NCBI GenBank assembly: GCA_045863395.1
Contig: BTVJ01000009.1
Span: 32,001-96,000, forward strand
DNA length: 64,000 nucleotides
From: Myxococcales bacterium
Lineage (GTDB): Bacteria; Myxococcota_A; UBA9042; JABWCM01; BTVJ01
Direction of reading: 5' to 3'
A model generated the notes under the pieces. The model was given only the letters and a program-made list of their open reading frames with translations, ran no database searches and had not been told where the DNA came from. Position numbers and translations under genes: made by a program. Positions 19,843 to 29,403 of this stretch are shown in pieces (positions within the stretch are counted from its first letter, which is position 1; every line of letters starts with the position of its first letter).

Positions 19843-21981
19843 GTGAGCTGGTCCAGCACTCTCCTATTGGAGCGCGCCGTCGCCCTCCCCTCTCGCCCCC
19901 TGTCGTGGAGGCTCTTCGTGGTCGCCCTGGCGGCCGTTCCCCACCTCGCGTGTCCCGGCGTGCCCGGGGAGTCGGCGACCGTGGAAGACGCGGCGCCCGG
20001 GGGCGACCCGGTCGCGGCGGGCGGCCCGGACGCGGCCGCCGGCGGGGCTCCCGACGCCCTCGGTGGATCACCCGACGGCGGCCCAGGGGGCGCCCCGGAC
20101 GCAGCCGCGCTCGGTGCCGGGTGTGACGGCCTCGCCTGCCCGCCTGGTGCCGCGTGCATCGGAGGTTTCTGCGCTCCGGCTGATGAGCCACCGTGCCTCG
20201 GCGGCGCCACCAACGCGCTGGTCCCGGCGTTCGCCCGCCAGTCGCGGGACGTGCTGCTCCACCGGGGCCACGCGTGGGTCGCGACCGCGCTTGGCCTGGA
20301 GGTGTACGACGGCTCCGGGACCGTCGCCCCAGTCTCACCCGTTGCGTGGGTGGCTACCCCCGGGGCCGCCCGCGGCCTCGCTCTGGACGGGGACCGCCTG
20401 GCCGTCGCCCACGCCGCGGGGGTGACGCTCTTCGACGCCACCGTGCCACAGGAGCCGGCGGTCCTCTGGACGGTCGCCACGCCGCCGGCGTCCGGGGTGG
20501 CGCTCGCTGGGTCGCTGCTCCTCGTCGCCACCGAGGGCGGTCTGGTCGTCGTTGACGCCGCCAACACCGTCGTCGCCACGCTGCCCCTGCCAGGCGACGG
20601 CCGCTCCGTGGTCTCGCGCGGCACCATCGCCTGGGTCGCCGCCGGCGCGGCAGGGCTCGCCGTCGTCGACGTGACCACCCCGGAGGCCCCCGCCATCCTC
20701 GCCACCCTGGACACCGGCGGAGACGCCGTCGCGGTGGCGGCATCTGGCGACCTGATGCTCGTCGCGGCCACCTACGGCGGTCTGCGCCTGTTCGACGTAA
20801 GCGCGCCGTCGTCACCGGTACCGCTCGGCTTCTGGGTCTCTCCTGGCAACGGGCTCGTGGCCCGCGACGTGGTCCTGGGTGCGGACGGGCTCGCCTACGT
20901 GGCAGCGTCCTACTTCCACTCGCTGCAGATCCTCGACGTGTCCGACCCATCGGCGCCAGTCCCCATCGGCACCGTCGACACCGCCAGCGGCGCGGACGGC
21001 ATCGCCATCGCCGGTGACCTCGTGTGGCTGGCCGCGGGGGGCATCGAGCGCGTCGATGTATCCGACCCCGCCGCCCCGGTCGTCCTCGAAGGGGCGCCGC
21101 CCGCGCTCTCGGGACAGTTCGCCTCCGCGGCCGGCGACGGATCCAGGGTCGCCGTCGCCGGCACCGCGGGGCTGCTGCTGCTCGACGCCCCAGCGGGCGA
21201 GCAGCCCACGGTCATCGCGACGCTCCCGACGGAGCACCCGGCGCTCGCCGTGGACCTGGCGGGGAACGTCGCGTGGGTCGCCCTGGATCTGACCTACCCG
21301 TTCGTGCTCGCGGGCAGCCTCGTCGCCGTGGACGTCTCCAACCCTGGCGCGCCGCCCCCGCTCGGGACCGTAAAGCTCCAGGGTCGGCCGGCGCGGGTCC
21401 GGGCCGCAGGCGACGTCGTCTACGTGACCGACGGCGCCCTGCACGCCGTGGACGCCGCGGACCCGGCCGCCCCGGTCATCGCCGCGACGATCCCGCTCGG
21501 CTCCGGGGCAGAGGGGCTCGCCCACGACGGGGACCTGCTGCTCGTGGCCCGGCGCTATCACGGAGTCCACGTCTTCGACGTGTCGGAGCGGCTCGCCCCG
21601 GCGCTCCGCGCCGAGATCGCAACGCCAGGAAGCGCCCTCGACGTGGCGCTCCAGGGCACCGTGGCCTGCATCGCCGACGGCATCGGCGGCTTGCGCGTCC
21701 TCGACCTGGCCGATCCGGCCACGCCCATCGAGGTCGCCGTCGTCGATCTGCCGACCTCCGCGTCGAGCGTCGCCCTCGACGGCCCGACCGCCTGGCTCGT
21801 CGCCGGCGCGGACGTCCGGGCCTTCGACCTCCAGGACCCGCGCCGCCCTACGCCGATCCTGACGACCCCGACCGTCACCGGCGCGCCTGCGGCGCTGGTC
21901 GCGGTGCCCGGCGGCGCCCTCCTGACCGAGCTCGATCTGCCCGTGAGCCGCTTCACCCTGACCTGCGAGGCACTGCCATGA
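19843..21981 (+). CDS. LVIVD-repeat beta-propeller protein, probably a lipoprotein
   Basis: Repeated GLAVVDVTTPEAP / GLRLFDVSAPSSP / LQILDVSDPSAP / GLRVLDLADPATP; GGAGG RBS before GTG. Confidence 0.85.
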   Translation: MSWSSTLLLERAVALPSRPLSWRLFVVALAAVPHLACPGVPGESATVEDAAPGGDPVAAGGPDAAAGGAPDALGGSPDGGPGGAPDAAALGAGCDGLACPPGAACIGGFCAPADEPPCLGGATNALVPAFARQSRDVLLHRGHAWVATALGLEVYDGSGTVAPVSPVAWVATPGAARGLALDGDRLAVAHAAGVTLFDATVPQEPAVLWTVATPPASGVALAGSLLLVATEGGLVVVDAANTVVATLPLPGDGRSVVSRGTIAWVAAGAAGLAVVDVTTPEAPAILATLDTGGDAVAVAASGDLMLVAATYGGLRLFDVSAPSSPVPLGFWVSPGNGLVARDVVLGADGLAYVAASYFHSLQILDVSDPSAPVPIGTVDTASGADGIAIAGDLVWLAAGGIERVDVSDPAAPVVLEGAPPALSGQFASAAGDGSRVAVAGTAGLLLLDAPAGEQPTVIATLPTEHPALAVDLAGNVAWVALDLTYPFVLAGSLVAVDVSNPGAPPPLGTVKLQGRPARVRAAGDVVYVTDGALHAVDAADPAAPVIAATIPLGSGAEGLAHDGDLLLVARRYHGVHVFDVSERLAPALRAEIATPGSALDVALQGTVACIADGIGGLRVLDLADPATPIEVAVVDLPTSASSVALDGPTAWLVAGADVRAFDLQDPRRPTPILTTPTVTGAPAALVAVPGGALLTELDLPVSRFTLTCEALP

Positions 21982-24464
21982 GACCAGCACCGTTCGTCCT
22001 CGCCCTCCTCGTGGTGGCTTGCGCCCCTCCGGCGGAGACCACCAGCCTCGGGCCCGCCGAGACCTCCGGGTCGAGCACGGGCGCAGGCCCCGTCTCCTGG
22101 GTGAACCTGGTCGCGGGCCCGGCCAGCCTCGACGTGGTCGGCACCGCCCTCGTGGCCACGGTGCCCTTCGCGCAGGGGACGCCGCCGCTCGAGGCCCCGG
22201 ACGGCCCCGTGACGTGGGCGCTGCCCGGCGGGGAGGCGCTCCTGACCGCCGCCCCGGCAGGCCCCTCGACCGTCATCGCGTGCGGCACCACCACCGACCC
22301 TGCGGTCGTCGTGGTCCCGGCCCTCCCCACCGGCGCCCGCCGTATCCGCGTCGTGCACGCCGCGGCGGGCGTGGGCCCCATCGCCGCGTTCCTACGCCAA
22401 GGCGGGCCGACGGTCCCCCTCGGGGCGCCGACCTTCGGCCAGCGCACGCAGGCGTTCGACGTCACTGGGCCCATGGCGGAGCTGACGCTCGTTCGAGACG
22501 GGGGCGCTGTCGTCATGACGCTCCCGCCGCAGGAGCCCGGACACGCCGTGGACGCCATCGCGGCGCTGACCCCGGAAGGAGCGCTCTTCGTGCTGCTCCA
22601 GCGCGACGACGGGCTGACGCTCCAGGCGGGCGCCCAGACCCACGTCGCCCGGTGGCGCCTTGCTAACATGACGGGCCACCCGCTCGACGCCACGCTGGAG
22701 GAGGCGACCATCGCGGGGGTCCCCCCACGCGACCAGAGTCCCCTCGTGACCCTGTGGCCGGGGACGAAGTCGGTCACCCTGGTCGCCGAGACGGGTGAGG
22801 CCGCTGAGCTCCCCCCGTTCCCCCTCGCCACCGGGTCCCTCGTGACCACCTTCGTCTTCCCCGACGGCCCCGCAGGCCCCGTCGCGCCGCTGACCCTCGC
22901 CGCCCTCGACGGCGACGTCGACGCCAGCATGACCCGGCTCCGGTTCGTCCACGGGGCCCCGGAGCTCGGGACCGTCACGTTCGGCCACGGGGGCAACGGG
23001 AGTGGTGGGGGGGCGCCGCCGGGCTCGCTGCCGCTCGCACCCGGAGAGGTGAGCGCCCCGGTGGTGCGGCCGTCGGGACAGGTGGACATCTCCGTCACCG
23101 CGGGCGGCGCCCTCGACCGGACCTACGCCGCGACGTACCTCCCGACCGACGACGTGACGCTGATCCTCGGCACCGACGCGGCGGGGCTGCCGCGCCTCGG
23201 CATGCAGACGAGCGCGGACACGCCGATCTGGTGGCGGTACGCGGACGAGGATCTGAGCCGGATCCGGGTCCTCAACCTGACCTCGCGCTTCCTGACCGCG
23301 GACATCCCCACGTGGTTCAAGCAGGACCCGCAGAACCTCTTCCCTCGCTCGGGGACGAGCGCCTATCAGATCGTCGCCGGTCCGGCGACGGTGACGGCGA
23401 CCGACCCGAAGACCGCCGAGACGTGGTCCTGGGAGGGGGAGGTAGAGGCGGGGCGTCACCTGACGCTCGCGCTGTGGGAGGACGGCGGGAAGCCGCGGGT
23501 GACGCTCACCGACGACACGCCGACGCCGGAGCTGGGCGTGCGGCTCGTCAACGTGGCGCCCGGACTCGGCCCGGTGGGGGCCACCTGGGAGGCGCCCGGG
23601 GGCCAGGCGACGCCCCTCGGAGTGGTGGAGCCCGGGGCAGGCACAGAGGTCGCGACCGCGGGCTTCGTCAACGGCCTGGGGGGTGCGTTGCGGCTGGACA
23701 CGGATCAGGACGGCGCCGCGGACCTGACGTTCCTCCTGAGCTACCCGGCCTACACGACCCTCACGAACGCCTGGCTCTTCGACGACCCCGCGTGGCCGAC
23801 GATCCTCCTGCAGAGCGAGTCGAGCGAGATCCAGCTCGTCAACCCGGAGGAGCTCCACGCGCGCCTGCGCGTGGTGTACCTGCCAACAGGCGCGTCGCAG
23901 CTCGCCGTCATGCTGGACGGTGAGCCGATCACCAAGGTCAACTCGAAGCCGAGCTTCGGGGCCGGCCCCAAGGCCTTCTACGGTGTCGGCGAGGCCATCG
24001 CCCTGCCCGTGGGGGATCATGAGCTCACCCTCAGCACGGGCAGCCACGAGGCGAGCCTGTCCGTGACGCTGGAAGGGGCTTCCCGCTACACCCTCGCCGT
24101 CACCGGGGCTGGCGGGCTCGTGCCCACCTTGCTCGACGACGCGCCGGGAGGCCCGACCGTCGCGGTCTTCCACGGGGCTCCAGGGGCGGGGCCGGCGACG
24201 GTGGAGGCGCTCGGCCCGGGCGGGACGGTGGTGGTCGCCTACGCGCTCCCGCCGGGCGCGGCGACCGACGCCGTATCGCTGCCCTGGACCCCAACGGGCT
24301 TCACCCTGGACCGGGACGGGGACGGCACCCCCGACTGGCTGGCCAAACAGCCCGGCGACCCCGCCTTCGCGCGGGTGTTCGTGACAGGGCCGACCGAGTC
24401 GCCGATGCTCCTCGTCGTGCGCGACACGGGGTGGCCCGTCCTGCTCGGCGATGCCCTCGACTGA
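21978..24464 (+). CDS. Lipoprotein with DUF4397-like repeats
   Basis: ATGA overlap; MRPAPFVLALLVVAC; repeated RIRVVHAA / RLRFVHGAP / VRLVNVAP / VAVFHGAP. Confidence 0.75.
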   Translation: MRPAPFVLALLVVACAPPAETTSLGPAETSGSSTGAGPVSWVNLVAGPASLDVVGTALVATVPFAQGTPPLEAPDGPVTWALPGGEALLTAAPAGPSTVIACGTTTDPAVVVVPALPTGARRIRVVHAAAGVGPIAAFLRQGGPTVPLGAPTFGQRTQAFDVTGPMAELTLVRDGGAVVMTLPPQEPGHAVDAIAALTPEGALFVLLQRDDGLTLQAGAQTHVARWRLANMTGHPLDATLEEATIAGVPPRDQSPLVTLWPGTKSVTLVAETGEAAELPPFPLATGSLVTTFVFPDGPAGPVAPLTLAALDGDVDASMTRLRFVHGAPELGTVTFGHGGNGSGGGAPPGSLPLAPGEVSAPVVRPSGQVDISVTAGGALDRTYAATYLPTDDVTLILGTDAAGLPRLGMQTSADTPIWWRYADEDLSRIRVLNLTSRFLTADIPTWFKQDPQNLFPRSGTSAYQIVAGPATVTATDPKTAETWSWEGEVEAGRHLTLALWEDGGKPRVTLTDDTPTPELGVRLVNVAPGLGPVGATWEAPGGQATPLGVVEPGAGTEVATAGFVNGLGGALRLDTDQDGAADLTFLLSYPAYTTLTNAWLFDDPAWPTILLQSESSEIQLVNPEELHARLRVVYLPTGASQLAVMLDGEPITKVNSKPSFGAGPKAFYGVGEAIALPVGDHELTLSTGSHEASLSVTLEGASRYTLAVTGAGGLVPTLLDDAPGGPTVAVFHGAPGAGPATVEALGPGGTVVVAYALPPGAATDAVSLPWTPTGFTLDRDGDGTPDWLAKQPGDPAFARVFVTGPTESPMLLVVRDTGWPVLLGDALD

Positions 24465-24599
24465 GGCGGATCGAGTCGGCAGGATGGCGTCCCGGGGGAT
24501 GTGGAGCTGCGGCTCGGGGCCCGCGAGCGCCCAGGCGCCCGGAGACCCTCAGGATGGGGCGCCGGTGGCACGTCGCCACCTGCCCGCCAGACCCACCTT

Positions 24600-25163
24600 T
24601 CACTCCAGGCGAAGCTCCACCCGGTTGTTCTGCGAGGCCGCCTCGTTCCACTGCCCCGCGGTGGCCGCGTCGACCTCCGGATAGGAGACGCGCGGGCGCT
24701 CCTGACCGTAGGAGATGCTCTTCACCCGCACCTTCCCGCCCGTCGCCTCCGTGACGAGCTGCGCGAGCGAGCGCGCCATCCTCTCCCCGAGCGCCAGCGC
24801 GTACTCTTCGGTCATGAAGCTGCACTTCCGGGCGTGGAGCTCGTCTGGAGCCAGCGCGGGCCCGCGCTTCCCCGCGCGCGTGCAGAAGTTCCCCGTGTGA
24901 CCGGTGGCGATCACCTGCGTGACTCCGAGCTGCGGGAGCGTTCGGGCGAGCGTCCGTACAGTCTGGTCGCGGTCTCCATGCAGCCGCGACTCGTCGAAGG
25001 CGACTCCGCCCAGGTCGTTGATCAGGGTGATCACCATCTGAGCCATGCTGGCCTTGCACTCTGCGCTGCACTCGGCCAGCTCCGGCGGTGAGGGCTCGTC
25101 CGCTGCCGTGACCTGCGAGGTTGCGGCCAGAAGCACGAGGACGGTCGCCAAACCAATCTTCAT
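24600..25163 (-). CDS. Secreted OmpA/Pal-like peptidoglycan-binding domain protein
   Basis: Signal peptide; TGHT...EYALALGERMA...ISYGQERP...NNRVEL. Confidence 0.8.
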   Translation of the reverse strand: MKIGLATVLVLLAATSQVTAADEPSPPELAECSAECKASMAQMVITLINDLGGVAFDESRLHGDRDQTVRTLARTLPQLGVTQVIATGHTGNFCTRAGKRGPALAPDELHARKCSFMTEEYALALGERMARSLAQLVTEATGGKVRVKSISYGQERPRVSYPEVDAATAGQWNEAASQNNRVELRLE

Positions 25164-25362
25164 GGTTCACTCCCGATGACGATGCCGTCACGCATGGCGC
25201 CTCCACAGAGCCCAAGGGAGCCGGGGCCATCCATGCGGCCCGTGAGACCGAGGGCGCGGCCCTGCGCCCGCCCGGGCATTCTGCCACGTCTCGGCGGGCT
25301 GCGCACTCCCCTGAAGCGGTGCGGAGCAACTCACCCGCCCCCTCGACCGGGCGCTCGACCCC

Positions 25363-25743
25363 CGACCGGTCGTCGCGCACCCTGTCGGCCGCCGCCCTGT
25401 TCAGCAATCTCCTCGCTACCCAGTGATAGTGCGCCGCCATGGCGGACGGGTCCGTCGGGTCGCTGGTCGCCATCGTCCTCACGTCGTAGCCCCGGCCCTC
25501 GAGCGCCGTGCGGATCCACGTGTCCAGCCTGCCCTTCTCCGGGTCACCGTGGAGCTGGTGGCTCATGCCGTCGAGGTAGATGCAGAGGGCGTCCGAGCGG
25601 CCGGTCGGGTCTTCGCAAAAGACGTCCGGCACCGTGACACCCACGGGACGCCCCAGGTCGATGCACCGGTGAATCTCATGGCCCGAGAGAGCGGCTCGCC
25701 GCAGCATGGCCTGAAAGATCGGCTCTCCCGGAGTGTCCAGGTC
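25363..25743 (-). pseudogene. Orphan fragment resembling the DUF559/Vsr-like C-terminal domain of large helicases
   Basis: TVPDVF...CIYLDGMSHQLHGD...DTWIRTALEGRGYDV motif with no convincing start or N-terminal partner. Confidence 0.45.
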
Positions 25744-26461
25744 GCCCGAACGCGCTGCAGACGGCAGGCGCGGGACCGAGTGCGTCAGCGCGATGGCCCC
25801 TCCCTGCGACACGGTGTCTGTCGGCACCCTGACCCGCGTCACCTACGGCGACCACGTGACCACCGCGTTCGGGATGAGCCCCGGGCTCGACGGTCACGCG
25901 GCGGGTCTCGGCACGATGAGCGACGGCATGTTCGAGAAGTACATCAGTCTGATTCGGCACCAGCGGTCTCTCGCCGCAATCCGGGCGGAGGTCGCCATCT
26001 GCGAGGTGGCGGTGGAGTCGACCATCCGCAGGTGCTGGAACGACGCCAAGAGCGCCGACGGCGGGAAGCCGGGCGCCATCACGAAGGAGCTGTTCCCGGA
26101 CGGTGTCTCACCGGAGATCGGCGCGAAGGGGACCGGGCAAGGCGCGCAGACGACCAGCCTCATCGAGCGCCTGGGCCGTGCGACTCTCTCCGGCGCCAAG
26201 GCGGTGGCCGCCACGTGGACCGCTCCGCTGACCGAAGCGCACGGGAAGCTCGCCGACACCCTGGGCCGGCGCACGACCGCGGAGAAGGCCGAGGCCGCGC
26301 TCTACGCCGACCTGGACGCGGCGGGCCGAGAGCACCGCCGCGAGGTGGACCGCCTGATGGGAGTCGCGCGGACCACGTTCCCGCAGGAGCCCGACCGCCA
26401 GAATGCGCTGTTCCCGCGGCCGGTGCGCCGCAAGAAGAAGGCCGGCGGCGAGACGATTTGA
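25733..26461 (+). CDS. Hypothetical helical protein (start uncertain)
   Basis: GC3-biased C-terminal part, ELFPDGV...ALFP..RKKK; no recognised domain. Confidence 0.5.
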   Translation: MSRSPERAADGRRGTECVSAMAPPCDTVSVGTLTRVTYGDHVTTAFGMSPGLDGHAAGLGTMSDGMFEKYISLIRHQRSLAAIRAEVAICEVAVESTIRRCWNDAKSADGGKPGAITKELFPDGVSPEIGAKGTGQGAQTTSLIERLGRATLSGAKAVAATWTAPLTEAHGKLADTLGRRTTAEKAEAALYADLDAAGREHRREVDRLMGVARTTFPQEPDRQNALFPRPVRRKKKAGGETI

Positions 26462-26475
26462 CGCGATTGCCCTGC

Positions 26476-26544
26476 GCGTCCCTCCGGGGCGCGATCCTGG
26501 TCGAGCTGACCGCGATCCTGCGCCCCGGTCCAGTCGAGGGACGC
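26476..26544. terminator. Stem-loop between convergent genes
   Basis: GCGTCCCTC/GAGGGACGC and CCGGGGCGC/GCGCCCCGG arms. Confidence 0.4.
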
Positions 26545-26564
26545 CATGCCGCCGGAGCATCCGG

Positions 26565-26981
26565 CTACTCTGGCGCGATGATTCGCAGCTCCGGGAAGTA
26601 CGTCCTGAAACGACTCGAATCCCGCGTCAGGAGTGGGATCTCGGCGACTGCCGCGTGGGCTCCTATATAGAAGTCGAGCAGGGGAGCCGTTCGGGACCCG
26701 CCGCGGCGCCGATATGTCGCGAACGCCTGACCGGCGAGGAAAGCGGCACGCCACGGGAGCGCCAGGCGCCGGTAGATCGAGCGCGGCAGGGCGGCCTCCG
26801 TCTGCTCGATGGTCGTAAAGCCCACCGACACCTCGGCGAAGATCAGTGGATTGATGGCCGCGCGCCCTGACTCCACCACCTGGACCAATTGGTCCGCGGA
26901 CCACTCGAAGTGGGCGGGGTCGCCCGTGATCACGTCGATGAGCACGTTGCTGTCGATGAGGACGTGGTCAATCGCGGCCAC
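26565..26981 (-). CDS. vapC: PIN-domain VapC toxin
   Basis: LIDSNVLID, FAEV, DFYIGAHA, LLTRD..RFRTYFP. Confidence 0.9.
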   Translation of the reverse strand: MAAIDHVLIDSNVLIDVITGDPAHFEWSADQLVQVVESGRAAINPLIFAEVSVGFTTIEQTEAALPRSIYRRLALPWRAAFLAGQAFATYRRRGGSRTAPLLDFYIGAHAAVAEIPLLTRDSSRFRTYFPELRIIAPE

Positions 26982-27201
26982 GGGTAAGCTCCATGACCTC
27001 GTCGGCCGTCGGTCCGGTCCACGCCAGGCGGCCGAGCTCCCTCAGGCGGCTGACGGCGTCCCGGCCTTGGGACGGAGCAACGATGCGCAGCAACACGCCC
27101 TCCGCGCACAGCTCGAACTCCAGCTCGGTCTCGGGGTCGATACCGAGCTGGTCGCGGATCGGCTTCGGGATGGTCACCTGGCCCTTGGATGTGACGCGCA
27201 C
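26968..27201 (-). CDS. AbrB/MazE/SpoVT-family antitoxin
   Basis: VRVTSKGQVTIPKPIRDQLGI...; overlaps the VapC start by 14 nt. Confidence 0.88.
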   Translation of the reverse strand: MRVTSKGQVTIPKPIRDQLGIDPETELEFELCAEGVLLRIVAPSQGRDAVSRLRELGRLAWTGPTADEVMELTRGRD

Positions 27202-27341
27202 GGTGTGCCCCTGGTGCGAAGTCTTACCTGATGGCATTACCTCGCTCGTGCGGGTGTCAACTGCGCCGTGCCGCGCGACGGCGAGTGGGCCGCCGAGCCC
27301 GGCGCGGACCAACTGGACGGAGCACCTGCCGACCGAGCCCG

Positions 27342-27667
27342 GCCATGCCCTCGGCGAGGCCCCCCCGGATCGGCAAGATGGCGCCATGTGGAGCCGCTCG
27401 GAGAGCCCCGTCATGATTGGGCGTCGTCGCCGTGAGGCAGGCGACGCGCGGACCGGTGGCGGCGCTGCACCGGGCACTGGACGGGAACCCGCTGGCCATC
27501 GAGCTCGCCACCGCACGCCTCGACGTCCTCAGGCTCGACGGCCTGCTGGAGGGGGGCCTCCTCGACCTGGGCGGGGGGCTGCCCGACCGGCAGCGCACGG
27601 TGCGGCGCACCCTGAAGTCGTCCTGGGACCTGCTCGGCGACCCGGAGCGGAGCGCGCGGGGTGTGGC
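27342..27667 (+). pseudogene. Mosaic remnant: copy of 28775-28848 joined to a decayed copy of 29923-30165
   Basis: 74-bp near-identical repeat (4 mismatches) followed by a ~240-bp paralog of the ATPase gene (LDGNPLAIELA...[10 protein letters not shown]). Confidence 0.8.
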
Positions 27668-27676
27668 GGGCCCGTC

Positions 27677-28666
27677 TCAGTCTGCGAAGACATCCTCGAT
27701 GGTGGGAGCGTCGAGGACCCGATCTCCCCAACGCTCCAGGAGCGGGCGGTCGGCCTCGAAGAGCCGCGCGGTCGCCCAGTCCGGGAGGGGGCCAAAGCGG
27801 CGCGCCAGCTGCCGGCGCAGCAGCGCGAGCTCGCCCTTCTCGATGCCCTTCTCGATGCCCTGCTCGATGCCCTGCTCGATGCCCTGCGCCATGCCCTTCT
27901 CGATGCCCAATCGCTCGATGCTGGTGACGTACTGCACTCTCCTCTCCTCCTCGAGACGCTCGATCTCGTCGCGAAACTTCGACTCCAGACCCGCGGGCAG
28001 CACCATGACCCAGTCTATGAACCGGAACAGGTGGAGCACGTCTTCCCGCGAGTAGCCCCGCGCGTACAGGCTTGCGGTCAGCTCGCGCTTCCAGTGGAAC
28101 CGCTGCTCTGGATCCTTGCGCGTCTCGATGGCGCGCAGGTGGGTGAGCGCCACCACCGCAAACGGATTGTCCGTCTCCTCCAGGGCGTCCAGCCGCTGCC
28201 GATAGTCGAGCAGCTTGACGGTCGGAAACCGGAGGCTCGCGCAGCTCCCCCACAGGTCGTACTCGAAGCGGTCGGGGCGCCAGCCGTCCCGGTCGTCCGC
28301 CAGGATCGCCAGGCTGGCCACCGGGCGGTCGTACCGGTCGAACAGCCGGTAGTTGTACGTGTACATGCGCTTCGCAAACTCGCTCTCCGGGTCGGACTGC
28401 ACCTCCACGTGGATGAGCACCCACGTCTCCTGCCCCGTGAGGCGGAATACGCGGACCAGCTTGTCGGCGTACCGGCGGCCCAGCTCCGCATCGCGCACCA
28501 CCTGCTGAAGCTCCTTGTCGAGGAACTCGTGGGGCCGGCTCCAGTCGATCTCCGAGGCCGCTTCGGGAAAGAACTGCCCCATGAACTGCTCGAAGTACGC
28601 CTCGAGCATCTCCTTCCACGGGCTGTCGTAGTCGGCCGCTTCGCGTGAGGTCGCCGTGTCGGTCAT
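27677..28666 (-). CDS. Rpn-family (YhgA-like / DUF4351) PD-(D/E)XK protein
   Basis: DYDSPWK, FLDKEL, ADKLV, LIHVEVQ, RMYTYNYRLFD, GIEQG/GIEKG repeats, RQLARRFG C-terminus. Confidence 0.88.
   Translation of the reverse strand: MTDTATSREAADYDSPWKEMLEAYFEQFMGQFFPEAASEIDWSRPHEFLDKELQQVVRDAELGRRYADKLVRVFRLTGQETWVLIHVEVQSDPESEFAKRMYTYNYRLFDRYDRPVASLAILADDRDGWRPDRFEYDLWGSCASLRFPTVKLLDYRQRLDALEETDNPFAVVALTHLRAIETRKDPEQRFHWKRELTASLYARGYSREDVLHLFRFIDWVMVLPAGLESKFRDEIERLEEERRVQYVTSIERLGIEKGMAQGIEQGIEQGIEKGIEKGELALLRRQLARRFGPLPDWATARLFEADRPLLERWGDRVLDAPTIEDVFAD
27833..27908 (-). repeat. 12-bp tandem repeat (about 6 units) encoding GIE(Q/K)
   Basis: GCCCT(T/G)CTCGAT units on the + strand. Confidence 0.85.
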
Positions 28667-28845
28667 GGTGTGCGGCCTCCAGGCATGTGGGCACGTCGAG
28701 GATAGGGTCCCGCGCTCGGGGAGGTCAAGGAGCGCGTGCCGGTCGGGGTGCGCTGCCCGGCGTGGGGCTGCTCCGCCATGCCCTCGACGAGGACCGCCCG
28801 GATCGGCAAGATGGCGCCATGTGGAGCCGCTCGAAGAGCCCCGTC

Positions 28846-29403
28846 ATGGTCCGCCGTGGCCTCGCCGCGCTCGCGCTGGTCGCCGCGTGCGGCCCCCCCG
28901 CGCTGCCGCCCCTGGACAGGACCTGGGTCGGGCGCGTGGACGGGACGGACGTCGTCGTGGCGATCACGGTGGCGGGCGACGAGGCCCGCGCCTACCTGTG
29001 CGGCGGCGACACGACGCGCGCGACATGGACGCGCTGGCTCTCGGGCGACGCCGGCGAAGGCGAGGTCGCCACCACCGCGGGCGAGTGGACGGTGTCCGCC
29101 GCGCTCCTGGGGGCTGCTTCCCTTGGCGGGACGGTCTCGGGCCCGGAGGGGGTCAGGACCTTCAGCGCCACCGCCACGACCGGCGTCGGCGGCCTGTACC
29201 GCGGCCCCGAGCCCTGCCCCACCGGCCTCGTCGTGTGGATGACCGACACCGGACCCGCCGCCCAGGGCGCCTGGTGCGAGGGCGGCATCTACGGCCAGGT
29301 CGAGCCCGTCATGCCCATCGCAGTCACTTGGCAGGGGATTGGCGTCCACCGGGTGGGGGCGGCCGACGCCGCCCTGCTGTGGCTCACCCCCGTGACCCCG
29401 TGA
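28846..29403 (+). CDS. Small lipoprotein
   Basis: MVRRGLAALALVAAC lipobox; GTGA overlap with the next gene. Confidence 0.7.
   Translation: MVRRGLAALALVAACGPPALPPLDRTWVGRVDGTDVVVAITVAGDEARAYLCGGDTTRATWTRWLSGDAGEGEVATTAGEWTVSAALLGAASLGGTVSGPEGVRTFSATATTGVGGLYRGPEPCPTGLVVWMTDTGPAAQGAWCEGGIYGQVEPVMPIAVTWQGIGVHRVGAADAALLWLTPVTP

Noticed and set aside
27427..27667. Possible DGR template repeat, since roughly half of the differences from 29923-30165 have A in this copy
   Set aside because: The other half are non-A changes plus an indel, the target is mid-ATPase rather than a C-terminal ligand-binding region, and no reverse transcriptase is in the window. Pseudogene decay explains it.
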